Virus record (IMG/VR): IMGVR_UViG_3300004807_000027
Coordinates: 1-55,595 of that record
Length of the DNA stretch: 55,595 bases
Reading direction: 5' to 3' (one strand)
DNA from: a virus
Taxonomy: Duplodnaviria > Caudoviricetes
In this document: in pieces, positions 26,918 to 36,992 of the stretch
How the letters are laid out: each line of letters begins with the position of its first letter
Position numbering within the stretch: position 1 is the first letter of the stretch
Position numbers and translations under genes: made by a program
Notes under the pieces: model-generated
Told to the model about the DNA's origin: nothing
Databases searched by the model: none
What the model saw: only the letters and a program-made list of their open reading frames with translations

Positions 26918-27481
26918 TTATAAGTTAATTACCCTATATAGTTCTTCTAAAGAGTTAATCATTACATCCGCTAAACCAGCTTCAATAATTTCTACATCTA
27001 CGTAGTGGTGGTATTCTGAAGCAAGACTGTGTTCTTTATGTTTATATCCACATTCTACTAATCTTTGTGCTATATAGTTTTCTCGAGTTTCTTGAAAATC
27101 TATATCGCTCTTTTGTACTTTATGAGGTAGTTCAGATATAGCATAAATAGAACCATGCATCATTGCAACAGCTCCTGGCATTATGATACGTTTACCTTTT
27201 GTACCAGTCGCTAATATAAAGGTACCGGTACTTTGAGCATTAGATGGTACTAATATAGCCACATCGCTTTTTAATAGCTTAAAGGTGTTTGCTAAAAAGA
27301 TACCATCTTCAATATTGCCGCCATCAGAGTTTATAATTAAGAGTATATCTTTATTAGATTTTTTATCTAATGCAAATAACTGTTTAGCTATATCTACTGA
27401 ATTAGATTCAGTGACTTCACCACTAAGAAATATTACTCGATCACTTCCAAGCGTTTTAATTGTTTTTCTATTTGTAGGCAT
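26918..27481 (-). CDS. clpP: ClpP-family protease subunit
   Basis: DRVIFLSGEV, IINSDGG, AQSTG (Ser), GTKGKR, MMH (His), GLAD. Confidence 0.88.
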   Translation of the reverse strand: MPTNRKTIKTLGSDRVIFLSGEVTESNSVDIAKQLFALDKKSNKDILLIINSDGGNIEDGIFLANTFKLLKSDVAILVPSNAQSTGTFILATGTKGKRIIMPGAVAMMHGSIYAISELPHKVQKSDIDFQETRENYIAQRLVECGYKHKEHSLASEYHHYVDVEIIEAGLADVMINSLEELYRVINL

Positions 27482-27732
27482 TTGATGTTAATTAAGTTCT
27501 TCTCAACATTTTGAGCAGTTTTAAACTTCATGATAAGGGTATCTGTACGCATATTGACATAGTCTTGTATATCTAAAGGCTTAATGTATCTTAACCCTTC
27601 CTTACCATAAAAGTCTATACCTTTATCTTTACATTTATCAGCAATAATATCTACTGCTTCAAGTAAAGCGCCCCAACGAGCAAATTCGTACATAGTTATT
27701 TTAGTGTCTGGCATTTTTTCTTTAGTTTCCAT
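27433..27732 (-). CDS. hypothetical protein
   Basis: ORF in a tightly packed operon. Confidence 0.6.
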   Translation of the reverse strand: METKEKMPDTKITMYEFARWGALLEAVDIIADKCKDKGIDFYGKEGLRYIKPLDIQDYVNMRTDTLIMKFKTAQNVEKNLINIKCLQIEKQLKRLEVIE

Positions 27733-28150
27733 TTGTTGTCCGGTAAAGGTTTGGTGCAGGTTGATCGTAAATAGGTTCGGTTACAATAGCGGTCTCTGCA
27801 ATTAAATAAACAGAATTTTTTACTTTACAATGTCCACAAGTAAATCGATTTTCTTGCCCTACGCGTACTACTACGTCGTTTTCTCTTTTACAAGAAGCAC
27901 AACCTACTTTAATAGTGTTGAGAGAAAGTATTTCTGCTTCTTTCACCATTAATAGTCTTGTGTCTCGAGCTGCTTTATATTCAAGAAATACATTGAGCAT
28001 ATAAAATGCAACAAATTGTACAATGAATGCTAAACCAGACCACGCAAGAAATGGTTTGCCTAGAAAGTGCGCTATATAACCTACAATTAGAGAAAACGAT
28101 ACCGTTTTAACTAACGATTTAAATAATCTTATTAGTGTCTGTTTCATCAA
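27722..28150 (-). CDS. membrane protein with zinc ribbon
   Basis: Two hydrophobic helices, then CASC...CGHC. Confidence 0.65.
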   Translation of the reverse strand: MMKQTLIRLFKSLVKTVSFSLIVGYIAHFLGKPFLAWSGLAFIVQFVAFYMLNVFLEYKAARDTRLLMVKEAEILSLNTIKVGCASCKRENDVVVRVGQENRFTCGHCKVKNSVYLIAETAIVTEPIYDQPAPNLYRTTNGN

Positions 28151-28165
28151 CTCTATTAAATAGAG

Positions 28166-28600
28166 TTAACGTCTAGGTGCAAGAGAAAATTTGCTTAAAT
28201 TGGCAGCTAGCTTTTTACACTCTACCATTACACCGTTCAGCTTTTTGCGAAACTCATCAAGCTCACTTTGTTTGCCTTTAAATAGGGGCAGTTTTGAAGC
28301 TTCTCTAGATTTGTTTCTTAAGTCTTGAGCCATTAAATAAAGATCAGCTAATTGCTTAACTGAATCCTGAAAAGGGTAAGGTAAAGCTTCTGGTGTATTA
28401 TCTCTAGCTTTTTGATCTCTAAGAGCTTCAATTTTATTCAAAGTAGGTACTGAATCTCTAGCAAATTCATAAGCGCTTGCTGTCTCACTAGATCCATTAG
28501 ATCCGTTAGAGTAATATGACGATTCCTTAAGTGGTAACTTCTTCTTACCTGTAGTAGAAGCTACTTCGTCTAAAAGTTTTTTAGTTTTTCTTTGTTTCAC
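28166..28600 (-). CDS. hypothetical protein
   Basis: GTG start with TAAATA upstream. Confidence 0.6.
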   Translation of the reverse strand: MKQRKTKKLLDEVASTTGKKKLPLKESSYYSNGSNGSSETASAYEFARDSVPTLNKIEALRDQKARDNTPEALPYPFQDSVKQLADLYLMAQDLRNKSREASKLPLFKGKQSELDEFRKKLNGVMVECKKLAANLSKFSLAPRR

Positions 28601-28775
28601 TGCTGGTAATATTTACGGTTCCAACTAGAAATCTGTTACTGCATCTTGGACAAATCCAATGTGCTTCTGTAACTATGTCTTTACCTCTATTTACCTGTAC
28701 AATGCGTGGATGCACTGCAGGTGTACCGCATGTAGTGCAAGTAGATGGACGTGGTACTACTGTATTTTGTAACAT
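28581..28775 (-). CDS. small zinc-ribbon protein
   Basis: CTTC...CPRC; TAAGTA 5 nt before the ATG. Confidence 0.65.
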   Translation of the reverse strand: MLQNTVVPRPSTCTTCGTPAVHPRIVQVNRGKDIVTEAHWICPRCSNRFLVGTVNITSSETKKN

Positions 28776-28783
28776 GTATATAC

Positions 28784-29725
28784 TTACTCAAACCCTTTAA
28801 AATACCCAGTTAATAAATCATCATTAATATTTTTATTAAAGACTGCTTGCCAATCTTTAATTCTGGTGGTTATTGACGGAAATTCAAGATCTTCACATAT
28901 CTGCTTAAATGTTATAAAATCCGGTTTTAACTCTTTTAGTTTCTGTATTTGTTGTTTGTAAAGGTCAATCTCTTCACTATATTGTTCTAAACCGTAAGAA
29001 AGATCCATAAGTTTAAGATTATTGTTTATAATCTCTTCGTGTTCCTTAATAGTACTTTCCAGTTCTAACACACCTTTGTTTTTGTAGTTATTATATGCTT
29101 TAGCTAGTTTAACACCTTTTACTTTACCGTATCCCTCTATACCAGGTATATTATCAGAAGTGTCCCCTACAATAGCCTTATAATAAAGGTATTCTTTAGG
29201 GGTTAAATTAAACTCTTCTTCAAAATTACTAACATCTATTAGCTGCTTTTTGATAGGGTTATAATAGGATATATCCTCTGCAACTAACTGTATAAAGTCT
29301 CTATCAACACTAATAATGATTTTCTTTCCATCAATATTTTTACTTAACCAGCTTATAACGTCATCCGCTTCTAACTTACCAGGGAAAATGTTCCTCACTC
29401 CAAGTGTTTCGGTTAATTTGACAACTCCTTCTGCACTAGCGTAAACATCTTTGTTTCTATCTTGGTCTCTGGTGCCTTTATAAGAACCCTCTGTTAGAGT
29501 GTTTCTAAAATTAGTTTCATTGGTTAGTTTTTTATCCCAAGCAATGTATACATTGTATGCATTAAAATGTTCCACATAAGACTTAACAGTCTTAATAAAC
29601 GTGAACGTGCTACCAACGTTCTCGCCTTTAGAGTTTATTAATAACCGACCGGTATTATTTGCAACCCAGTGAGTACGGTGAAGGGTATTATTCCCGTCGA
29701 TTAAGAGCGTTATTTTTTTGTTCAT
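28784..29725 (-). CDS. rnh: 5'-3' exonuclease / T4-type RNase H (FEN family)
   Basis: LIDGNN, YKGTR, EADD, SVDRDFIQL, GDTSDNIPGI.G.G. Confidence 0.92.
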   Translation of the reverse strand: MNKKITLLIDGNNTLHRTHWVANNTGRLLINSKGENVGSTFTFIKTVKSYVEHFNAYNVYIAWDKKLTNETNFRNTLTEGSYKGTRDQDRNKDVYASAEGVVKLTETLGVRNIFPGKLEADDVISWLSKNIDGKKIIISVDRDFIQLVAEDISYYNPIKKQLIDVSNFEEEFNLTPKEYLYYKAIVGDTSDNIPGIEGYGKVKGVKLAKAYNNYKNKGVLELESTIKEHEEIINNNLKLMDLSYGLEQYSEEIDLYKQQIQKLKELKPDFITFKQICEDLEFPSITTRIKDWQAVFNKNINDDLLTGYFKGFE

Positions 29726-30029
29726 CAGTAGCTTTAAGGTTATATTCTGCTATGCACACATTATATACCTTTTTAGGTAATACATCTACTGGTTCTAAGA
29801 TTTTATTTTGAATACCCCAATCGAAATCTTTTGCAGCAATTTCCCGGATAAACTTATCCGGTAAGGAAAAGAACACCAATTTGTCTTTACCCTTTTTTAC
29901 CCTTACTAACCATTCGCCTTTGTACTTTCCTTCAAGTACCACATATATGCGACGTTGTTCAGGTAAAAATTGTAATTTTAACTTTTTAATTATTGTGTCC
30001 ATACGGGTCTTCCCCGTTAGAATTAGCAA
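29688..30029 (-). CDS. hypothetical protein
   Basis: ORF in operon; the start may be ATG 30002. Confidence 0.55.
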   Translation of the reverse strand: MLILTGKTRMDTIIKKLKLQFLPEQRRIYVVLEGKYKGEWLVRVKKGKDKLVFFSLPDKFIREIAAKDFDWGIQNKILEPVDVLPKKVYNVCIAEYNLKATDEQKNNALNRRE

Positions 30030-30462
30030 CGTTCTGGTTAATCTTATACATTACACGTCTAAAACGTTCTAGTAAAGAATCGTATTCAGCTGTATTGCTT
30101 GCAGATACCATTTCAACAGGATTACCGTTAAGATCGTATCCAATAAGCATAAACTGATTCATATACTCTTTCACTTGAGTTTCTAAGCTTTCAATTTCTT
30201 TTTTCTTTTCTTTAACAAAGGAATTTTTCACTTTTGCAAACTCAAGCTGAGTGTGTCTAATAAGCTCTTCAAACTTCTTTTGATCCATTACTACTGGAGT
30301 CATAGGTGATGGAACGTTTAAGTTTAAAGGACTATTAGGTGCTGGTGCAATAGAGCTACTAGGGGCCGCTGTAGAAGACAAAGAAGAGGTATTAGTTGTA
30401 GAAGAATCTACTTTTTTCTTTTTATTATTCTTACCACCAGTTTTTGTATTTTTAGCGGCCAT
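29986..30462 (-). CDS. hypothetical protein with basic/Ser-Pro N-terminus
   Basis: TAAGTA 6 nt before the ATG. Confidence 0.6.
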   Translation of the reverse strand: MAAKNTKTGGKNNKKKKVDSSTTNTSSLSSTAAPSSSIAPAPNSPLNLNVPSPMTPVVMDQKKFEELIRHTQLEFAKVKNSFVKEKKKEIESLETQVKEYMNQFMLIGYDLNGNPVEMVSASNTAEYDSLLERFRRVMYKINQNVANSNGEDPYGHNN

Positions 30463-30467
30463 TAATA

Positions 30468-31193
30468 TTACTTAGTATCTCGCTCCGCAGAAGCAACAAA
30501 ATCATAAAATTCTTTACGAGTTTGTGGTTCGTTCATAAAATCCCCAGATAACTTAGAAGTAATCATAGCACAACCGTGATGCTTTACACCGCGATGGCAA
30601 GCGCAAGTATGGGTACATTTAAGAATAACTGCTACACCCTGATTGCCTGTGCATAGTTGATCAATAGCTTTATGTATCTGAACCGTTAATCCTTCTTGTA
30701 TTTGAGGACGACGAGCATAATGTTCTACAATACGATTAAGTTTAGAAAGACCAATAACCTGACCGTTTTTATCAGGTATGTAAGCTACATGAGCAACACC
30801 AGTAAAAGATAGGTGATGGTGCGAACACATAGATACAACAGGTATATTCATCTGACTAACAATACCATCATAACCATCTGATGGAAAAGTAGTAATCTTA
30901 GGCGGGCCTTCATAGCAACCTTTAATAAGGTCACATACATATGCTTTAGCTACACGACGAGGTGTATCAGCACTATTGACGTCATTACGCCAATCAATAC
31001 GTAGAGCATCTAGAAATGTTGAATACGCTTCTGCTGCTTTATCAATAATAGCTTTCCTATCTTCTTCTGTAGTAATCATACTACTATTAGCTGTAGGAAG
31101 TGTTGGGTGTTTTACTTCGTTTGACATATTAAAAGATTTTACGGACTTAAACTGTTCGCCCGTGGTATAACTCTGATTTGTTGTTGATTCCAT
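30468..31193 (-). CDS. folE: GTP cyclohydrolase I
   Basis: TPRRVAK, SMCSHH, GLSKLNR, RRPQIQE, H.C...RGV. Confidence 0.95.
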   Translation of the reverse strand: MESTTNQSYTTGEQFKSVKSFNMSNEVKHPTLPTANSSMITTEEDRKAIIDKAAEAYSTFLDALRIDWRNDVNSADTPRRVAKAYVCDLIKGCYEGPPKITTFPSDGYDGIVSQMNIPVVSMCSHHHLSFTGVAHVAYIPDKNGQVIGLSKLNRIVEHYARRPQIQEGLTVQIHKAIDQLCTGNQGVAVILKCTHTCACHRGVKHHGCAMITSKLSGDFMNEPQTRKEFYDFVASAERDTK

Positions 31194-31476
31194 ATTTTAC
31201 TAAATAGCTTATTATAACCTCAATTGAGTCGGTTTTCAACTTAAAACGTTCAGGAATATATTGTCCTCCGTCATAAAATTCAAAAAAGGTTTCATCAAAT
31301 AATTCTTTGTGATTAACATAACAAGTACAAAATACAGATGCATTGCCTGGGTCAATCATTACTGTCCAGCTACGTGGATCCGCTTCACTATATGCATCAA
31401 AGATCTTATAGACCACGTAACCAGAATCTTTAAGTCTTTTTATGAAATAGCTTTGTGTTGTTATCTTGTTAGCCAT
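31147..31476 (-). CDS. hypothetical protein
   Basis: ORF coupled to the clamp gene. Confidence 0.6.
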   Translation of the reverse strand: MANKITTQSYFIKRLKDSGYVVYKIFDAYSEADPRSWTVMIDPGNASVFCTCYVNHKELFDETFFEFYDGGQYIPERFKLKTDSIEVIISYLVKYGINNKSELYHGRTV

Positions 31477-32210
31477 TATTTTACTAACCCCGATATAATA
31501 AACTTAAACTCTGTTTCTGGTGTAGTTTTAACGTAAAAAGACATGACCTTGAGTTTAAGATTTATACCTACTCTTGCGTTTTCAAACTTAACACCAGACA
31601 ACACTCTAAAAATATCTAGATTAAACGGTATTACTTGAGATAAAGGTTGACCCTCTACTTTATCTACTACTTTAAGAGATATACTATCTGTATTGTCTGT
31701 TTCTTTATCACCTAATTCACAGTACACTCCGTCAGGTTGACCGTAAAGATAAATTTTATTAGTAGTCGTAGCAAAAGCACTAGCTTTAAGAATTTCTTGT
31801 AGTTTTCTGTAATTAATATCAAAAAACGTATCTAGCTCTAATGCTTCTATTTTTTCCTTTTTTAATGCTACTTTAGGTACAGCTGTATCATCTAAGAAAT
31901 GATACTTAAATTGAGTAGTATTAGACTTATATAAAAGATGATTACTATTTATAGTAAAAGTAATATCATCTTCTTCTATACACTCAATAACACGTAAGAG
32001 TTTTTTAATATCCCCTATGTTAAGGGATTGTTCATTATCTATCCCCGTTACATAATTATACTTACCAAGTAATATGATACTGGTGTCAGGTTTATTACAT
32101 ATAGTGTATAAACCATCTTTAGTAACTTTAATAGATGCGACATCAACGGTTTTACTTACAACATTTAAGAAGTTGTCCGCAAAATCTTTTTTAACCAGTT
32201 TGAGTTCCAT
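31476..32210 (-). CDS. gp45: sliding clamp, gp45-like
   Basis: 244 aa; NIGDIKKLL and FKYHFLD patterns; replication context. Confidence 0.65.
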   Translation of the reverse strand: MELKLVKKDFADNFLNVVSKTVDVASIKVTKDGLYTICNKPDTSIILLGKYNYVTGIDNEQSLNIGDIKKLLRVIECIEEDDITFTINSNHLLYKSNTTQFKYHFLDDTAVPKVALKKEKIEALELDTFFDINYRKLQEILKASAFATTTNKIYLYGQPDGVYCELGDKETDNTDSISLKVVDKVEGQPLSQVIPFNLDIFRVLSGVKFENARVGINLKLKVMSFYVKTTPETEFKFIISGLVK

Positions 32211-32787
32211 TTGCTATCTTCGGTTTTTTTTTATTATTAGATTCGATTAGGGTGTTAACTTTATCGTTTAACATTTTAACTGAAGATTGAAGATTATCAA
32301 TAGCATTCATGATATCTTCGTATTGAACTTTTTTGTTTAAATCAAACTCTAATTGATTAGAATCAGAATATGGTTGAACAATTGCTTGTTCCTGCTGCAC
32401 GGGCGGTGCAACAAACTGAAAATTATTATGCTCTACTTGTTGAGGTGCAGGTTGCTGATAAACAGGTTGTTGAGGCGGTCTTTGCTGTGGTGCTTGTGGT
32501 GGTATCTGCATACCAGCTGCTCTCATAACATTTGAAGGCATAACTTTAGACATATCCACATCCGTTACTTTAAGGCTATCCCCAACAGCGTTCTTTTTAA
32601 TACCGCCTATATCATTAGATACCATCTTGCCAAGCATAGCAATAGCAATCATTTGCTCTTTAGTCAAGCCTTGAGTATTACCGGCTATTCTTTCAGCATC
32701 TGCATCTGACATAGCAGGCGCAGCAGGCCGGTTCATGGCCTGCTGGCGAGCTTGCATAATTTGTTGTCTGCGTTGTTCTTCAGTCAT
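32191..32787 (-). CDS. hypothetical Gln/Pro-rich protein with C-terminal coiled coil
   Basis: ORF between SSB and clamp; contains QLEFDL. Confidence 0.6.
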   Translation of the reverse strand: MTEEQRRQQIMQARQQAMNRPAAPAMSDADAERIAGNTQGLTKEQMIAIAMLGKMVSNDIGGIKKNAVGDSLKVTDVDMSKVMPSNVMRAAGMQIPPQAPQQRPPQQPVYQQPAPQQVEHNNFQFVAPPVQQEQAIVQPYSDSNQLEFDLNKKVQYEDIMNAIDNLQSSVKMLNDKVNTLIESNNKKKPKIANGTQTG

Positions 32788-32792
32788 TTAGC

Positions 32793-33722
32793 TTAGAGGT
32801 TATCTAAACCTTCTAGTATTGCCTTTACCTTATCATCGTTCTCAGTATCTTCAACTGCTACGTGAGCTGGTTTAGCAGTTTGTACTGGTTTAACAGCTGC
32901 TTTAACAGCAATCTTAGGTGCTTCATATGGTACATCATCATCTACATCATTTACTTCTGTAGGGGTAGATGAAGACGTATTGAATTCGTTATTATAAAAG
33001 TGAATATTAAGGAATTCTTGAATTTCATCAGGTGTTTTATGTTCAACCAATGTATTCAGATCATATGTACTATTATAAATTTCAGGAATCTTACTTTCAT
33101 CAAAACCTTCAATAGGTCCTGGAGAAAGGAACTTAGAAGCAGTATATTTTGGATATTTAGGTGCACCTGGCTTATCAGTTACTTGTTCTGCTTTAATACG
33201 GAACGTGCAACCAGTTTCATCTAACTTAAAAATCTTTTCACCGAATTCTTGCGAATCGTCTCCACTAATAGCTGAATTAATAATTTCGTTTAACTGCTTA
33301 CCATAACGAAGAATCTTTACAGTACCGTTATTCTTTGGTTCATTAGGATCTTGAATAACATAAACGTTTACATACCAGTTTTCTTTACGACGAAGACAAG
33401 CTTTAGCTTTTTCTTGATTTTCTTTTGTGCCATCTCTTAAGATCTTAAAATAAGCTTCACTGATTAGGCAGCGTTCATGCCAAGTACTTGGTGATGTAAT
33501 GCTTACATACTTACCATCTCGCTCACTGTTCCAGCCATGATGAAAATAATGTAAAAAGGTCTCTGCAGGGTTGCTAGTGTTAGGTAATAAACGAACTAGG
33601 TAATTACCTGGCTTAGCAATTGAAATGATATTTCTAAAGTTGCTATCTGCATTTTTTGTTTTAGCGCTTTCTAAAGCATTTTTAATGCTTTCGAACATAT
33701 TAGGATTGAATGTAGGTTTCAT
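32793..33722 (-). CDS. gp32: single-stranded DNA-binding protein gp32-like
   Basis: VRLLP, YVNVYVIQDP..P.NNGTVKILRYGKQL, Y..SKF, acidic tail. Confidence 0.9.
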   Translation of the reverse strand: MKPTFNPNMFESIKNALESAKTKNADSNFRNIISIAKPGNYLVRLLPNTSNPAETFLHYFHHGWNSERDGKYVSITSPSTWHERCLISEAYFKILRDGTKENQEKAKACLRRKENWYVNVYVIQDPNEPKNNGTVKILRYGKQLNEIINSAISGDDSQEFGEKIFKLDETGCTFRIKAEQVTDKPGAPKYPKYTASKFLSPGPIEGFDESKIPEIYNSTYDLNTLVEHKTPDEIQEFLNIHFYNNEFNTSSSTPTEVNDVDDDVPYEAPKIAVKAAVKPVQTAKPAHVAVEDTENDDKVKAILEGLDNL

Positions 33723-33728
33723 AATTTT

Positions 33729-33756
33729 ATTTTATTATAGTATATAAGTTAATCAA
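33729..33756 (-). promoter_or_regulatory. sigma70-like promoter TTGATT-N16-TAAAAT
   Basis: -10 lies 6 nt before the SSB ATG. Confidence 0.6.
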
Positions 33757-34390
33757 TATTAATTTTATTAGTTAGTAGTTTGAGACCTTCATCAATTAAG
33801 TTCTTTGCTCTAGTAGAAGTAACTATTCGCATTTTATATTTTGAAATGTTAAAAGCTACATCTTTTAAGTATAGTTCTTTATCTTGAAGGTTAAGTGAGT
33901 TTAAGTTATTTTCGAAAAAAGGCAACTTAATTAACACGTATATATTAATTAATTTGTCTGCATAATCCACAAATGGTCTAAACGTATAGCCCTTTTTGGA
34001 ACTAGCATACTGATTTAAAGTAATCTTTTCATTATAACACGTAACAGCTAGGTACTTTAAGGATTTTTTGATATCCTCTATTTGCCCTTCAGTATCAGGC
34101 GATTCTTCTAGCTTTTGCTTTTGCATTATACTCCAAACAGCTATTGCTTTTTGAGTGGTATAAAAATTAAGAGGAAATAAATCCTCGTCTTTATATATAA
34201 CATACGGAGCTTTAAAAAACTCTTTAGGGTCTATTTGCGGAAACTTTTTAAAAAACAATACTAAACGTGCACATAAGATGCCGTCTGGTGTTTTTTCAAA
34301 GCCTTCAAAGTCTTTACGTGGTTTCCAAGGTTTGTTTTTAGAGCCTCTAGAGACTCCAAGAAACGTATTGTAAACTTCGGGTATGTTCAT
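33749..34390 (-). CDS. hypothetical protein, possibly gp59-like helicase loader
   Basis: Size, basic/aromatic composition and position directly upstream of gp32, as in T4. Confidence 0.4.
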   Translation of the reverse strand: MNIPEVYNTFLGVSRGSKNKPWKPRKDFEGFEKTPDGILCARLVLFFKKFPQIDPKEFFKAPYVIYKDEDLFPLNFYTTQKAIAVWSIMQKQKLEESPDTEGQIEDIKKSLKYLAVTCYNEKITLNQYASSKKGYTFRPFVDYADKLINIYVLIKLPFFENNLNSLNLQDKELYLKDVAFNISKYKMRIVTSTRAKNLIDEGLKLLTNKINID

Positions 34391-34393
34391 TCA

Positions 34394-34690
34394 CTACGAT
34401 TGTAGTACCTCTCGTACAACTTTGCTACGACAAAGGTTAGAATTATGCTTTAAAAATAGCAATATTGCTTCCTTCTCATTATCAATTTGTACCATGCGCA
34501 TAAAAACTTTCTTGTATATTTTGTTTTTAATGATTAAACTAAATACTGCAACGCTATTAAGTTTTTTATTGTGTATAATTGAGCAAAACGAACAAAATTT
34601 AAGAATTTCGTTTTCTATTTCCTCTTCAATTAAAGCCCCCATTGGGGTTTCAAGTACTGCGCTTTCTAATGCTCCAATTACACCAGACAT
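34394..34690 (-). CDS. hypothetical protein
   Basis: ORF coupled to the DHH gene. Confidence 0.55.
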   Translation of the reverse strand: MSGVIGALESAVLETPMGALIEEEIENEILKFCSFCSIIHNKKLNSVAVFSLIIKNKIYKKVFMRMVQIDNEKEAILLFLKHNSNLCRSKVVREVLQS

Positions 34691-35610
34691 TATTGTTGAA
34701 TAGGGGTTAATTGTTTAACGAATTCCATAAAGCCTTCGGTAATCTTACCACCGGCTGCATATTCATGACCACCACCGTCACATAGTTTGTTAGCAAGTTT
34801 AGACAAATCAACAGTACATTCTTTCTTTTTTCTGAAAGAGACGTGAGAACTAGAAGCATTAACAAAAAATACAATATCTGCAGGGAATTTCTTGAGAAGA
34901 TAATCGCACACATCATTAACATACTTATTGCCAGTAGTACCTACAATATAAATAGGTTGCTTACTAATGTTAACATTACCTGAGTACACTTCTAAATTCT
35001 TAATGGTGTTATCTCTACCTGTAATGTGATCTTTAATAATATTAACTTCAAACGTGTTAAAACTATCAAACCCGTTATAAAAGCGTTCTATAAACTTATG
35101 CACTCTAGTCATATCTAAAGTGCGTTGAGTGTTAATAAACAAACAGTTAATGTCGTAAGATTCTTTTAATTTAAACTGATAGCTATCATAATCATCAGCA
35201 AGAGCAATAAGGTACTTTTGTGCAGGTGTTAAAGAATCTTTAAGTAGTGATTTAAAGTGAATATATATTTTCTTAGCGCAAGAAGACGTTTCTACTACAT
35301 CTACGGTAGCGTTTTTATAGTTATGTTTATTGTTTACATGTGTGAGGTGATGATCAATAATAATAGCTTTTTTGTTATCGATTAAGTCAACACAACTACT
35401 TGTATCTAAGTCTAGAAACAAAACATTATCATAATTGTCAAAACTATCATCTTCTAGCCACTTTAAGAACTCTTTTCTAAAAGTACTAACAGTGCAGGCT
35501 TTAAATTTAATGTCTCCTAGCTTTGACTTTAATGCCCAATGCAATATTAACAGACTAGTTGCACCGTCTAGGTCAATATCTGTAAAAACATATATGTTGT
35601 TGGGATTCAC
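34690..35610 (-). CDS. DHH/DHHA1 phosphoesterase
   Basis: DIDLDG, LD, IDHH, SFR, GGGHEYAAG. Confidence 0.9.
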   Translation of the reverse strand: MNPNNIYVFTDIDLDGATSLLILHWALKSKLGDIKFKACTVSTFRKEFLKWLEDDSFDNYDNVLFLDLDTSSCVDLIDNKKAIIIDHHLTHVNNKHNYKNATVDVVETSSCAKKIYIHFKSLLKDSLTPAQKYLIALADDYDSYQFKLKESYDINCLFINTQRTLDMTRVHKFIERFYNGFDSFNTFEVNIIKDHITGRDNTIKNLEVYSGNVNISKQPIYIVGTTGNKYVNDVCDYLLKKFPADIVFFVNASSSHVSFRKKKECTVDLSKLANKLCDGGGHEYAAGGKITEGFMEFVKQLTPIQQ

Positions 35611-35615
35611 AATGG

Positions 35616-36968
35616 TTATTTAACTATCTTAGTAATATTTTCCAGCTTTCTTTCTAAATTCATCATTTCATCTTCATTTGAATTGTTATTGGCATCTTTA
35701 CTGTATTCTTTTTCTACCTTTAAAGATAAAGTGCTATAGTCAATTCTCATTGTTTCTGGTGTGTGTTTAGGTCCAACACGGTTCTTAATACATCCCAAAC
35801 GAATAAGTCCGAGATCTTGATCGCCTTGTTCTTGATGAATAGACCAAACAACATCAGCAGTAAATGCAACACCTAGAGATTCGGATACGTTTTCTAACCC
35901 AGGCTTTTCCATACCATCACGGTTTGTTTGAATTGCACTAACTATAGGCACATTAAAGAAATAAGACAGTGCTCTTAGTTCTTCTGCTGTGTTCTTACCC
36001 TGTTCATAAGAGTTATCACCGCTACTAGCTTTAATTAAACCAAGGTAATCTATTACAAGAATATCCGGTTTAATACCTTTTTTAACTAAAGATTCAAGGT
36101 AAGATTTAATGCCACCGATTGTAATACTCTTTGGTGGGAATTCTTTAATAAGTAGTTTCTGTTTATGAGTATCTGTAACACTCATAAAGAAATTCTCTAA
36201 CGGTTTAATTTGTTGTTGTATTTCCCCAATTGGAATTTTAGATAAATGACTACTAATTCTCTTTGCATACATCATTTCAGGCATTTCAAGAGAAATAAGA
36301 ACAGTGGTAAGACCTCTAGCAGCCATATTAGCTGCAATATTACCTAAAAATATAGACTTACCTACATTAGTCGGTCCTAAGAACAAATACAATGCTCTAC
36401 CACGTTTAGCTAAACCACCACCGATTTTATTATCAATAAAATCCCAGCCTATTGGTATAGTTTCATTAGGTGCACCTAACTCATCAATAATCTTTTGATA
36501 CTGACCGTAAAAGTCTAAACCTACATCACTAACAAGCGATATATTACAAGCTTTTTCAAAAACTTGTAAAAATTTACCGTAATCAGATTTATCGTTAGTT
36601 ACATCTTCTACTATCTTTAATATAGCATTATGTACAGCTTTTTCTTTGAAGTAAACTTCTGTATTATTAATTAACTCTTCAATATTACCTTTATTATCAA
36701 ATTGTTTGTAACTTAATAAGGTATCTTTAAAAAGCTTAACATCTTCCTCTTTAGGAATATATGTTCTGATTTCTGTAACTGTAGGTAAACATTTACGTTT
36801 AGAGTAAAAGTCTTTAATAATATTAATAACAAGTTTATTACCAGGAGATTTAAAGTTCTCTGGTAACAAATGATCAAATATTAAAGAAGTGTAATAAGAG
36901 TTAGTAAGAGCATTGTATGCAATGACGTTCTCAAAAAAATCTGTATTGACTGGTAGTTTACTCTTCAC
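35616..36968 (-). CDS. gp41: replicative helicase gp41/DnaB-like
   Basis: GPTNVGKS, SLEM, IKEFP, IDYL, QTNR, KNR.G. Confidence 0.93.
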   Translation of the reverse strand: MKSKLPVNTDFFENVIAYNALTNSYYTSLIFDHLLPENFKSPGNKLVINIIKDFYSKRKCLPTVTEIRTYIPKEEDVKLFKDTLLSYKQFDNKGNIEELINNTEVYFKEKAVHNAILKIVEDVTNDKSDYGKFLQVFEKACNISLVSDVGLDFYGQYQKIIDELGAPNETIPIGWDFIDNKIGGGLAKRGRALYLFLGPTNVGKSIFLGNIAANMAARGLTTVLISLEMPEMMYAKRISSHLSKIPIGEIQQQIKPLENFFMSVTDTHKQKLLIKEFPPKSITIGGIKSYLESLVKKGIKPDILVIDYLGLIKASSGDNSYEQGKNTAEELRALSYFFNVPIVSAIQTNRDGMEKPGLENVSESLGVAFTADVVWSIHQEQGDQDLGLIRLGCIKNRVGPKHTPETMRIDYSTLSLKVEKEYSKDANNNSNEDEMMNLERKLENITKIVK

Positions 36969-36992
36969 GTAGTTATTATAACCTATTTCATT

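Noticed and set aside
28149-28167. Palindrome aactctatt-a-aatagagtt between two genes
   Set aside because: AT-rich, weak stem with no T-tract; not enough to call a terminator or operator.
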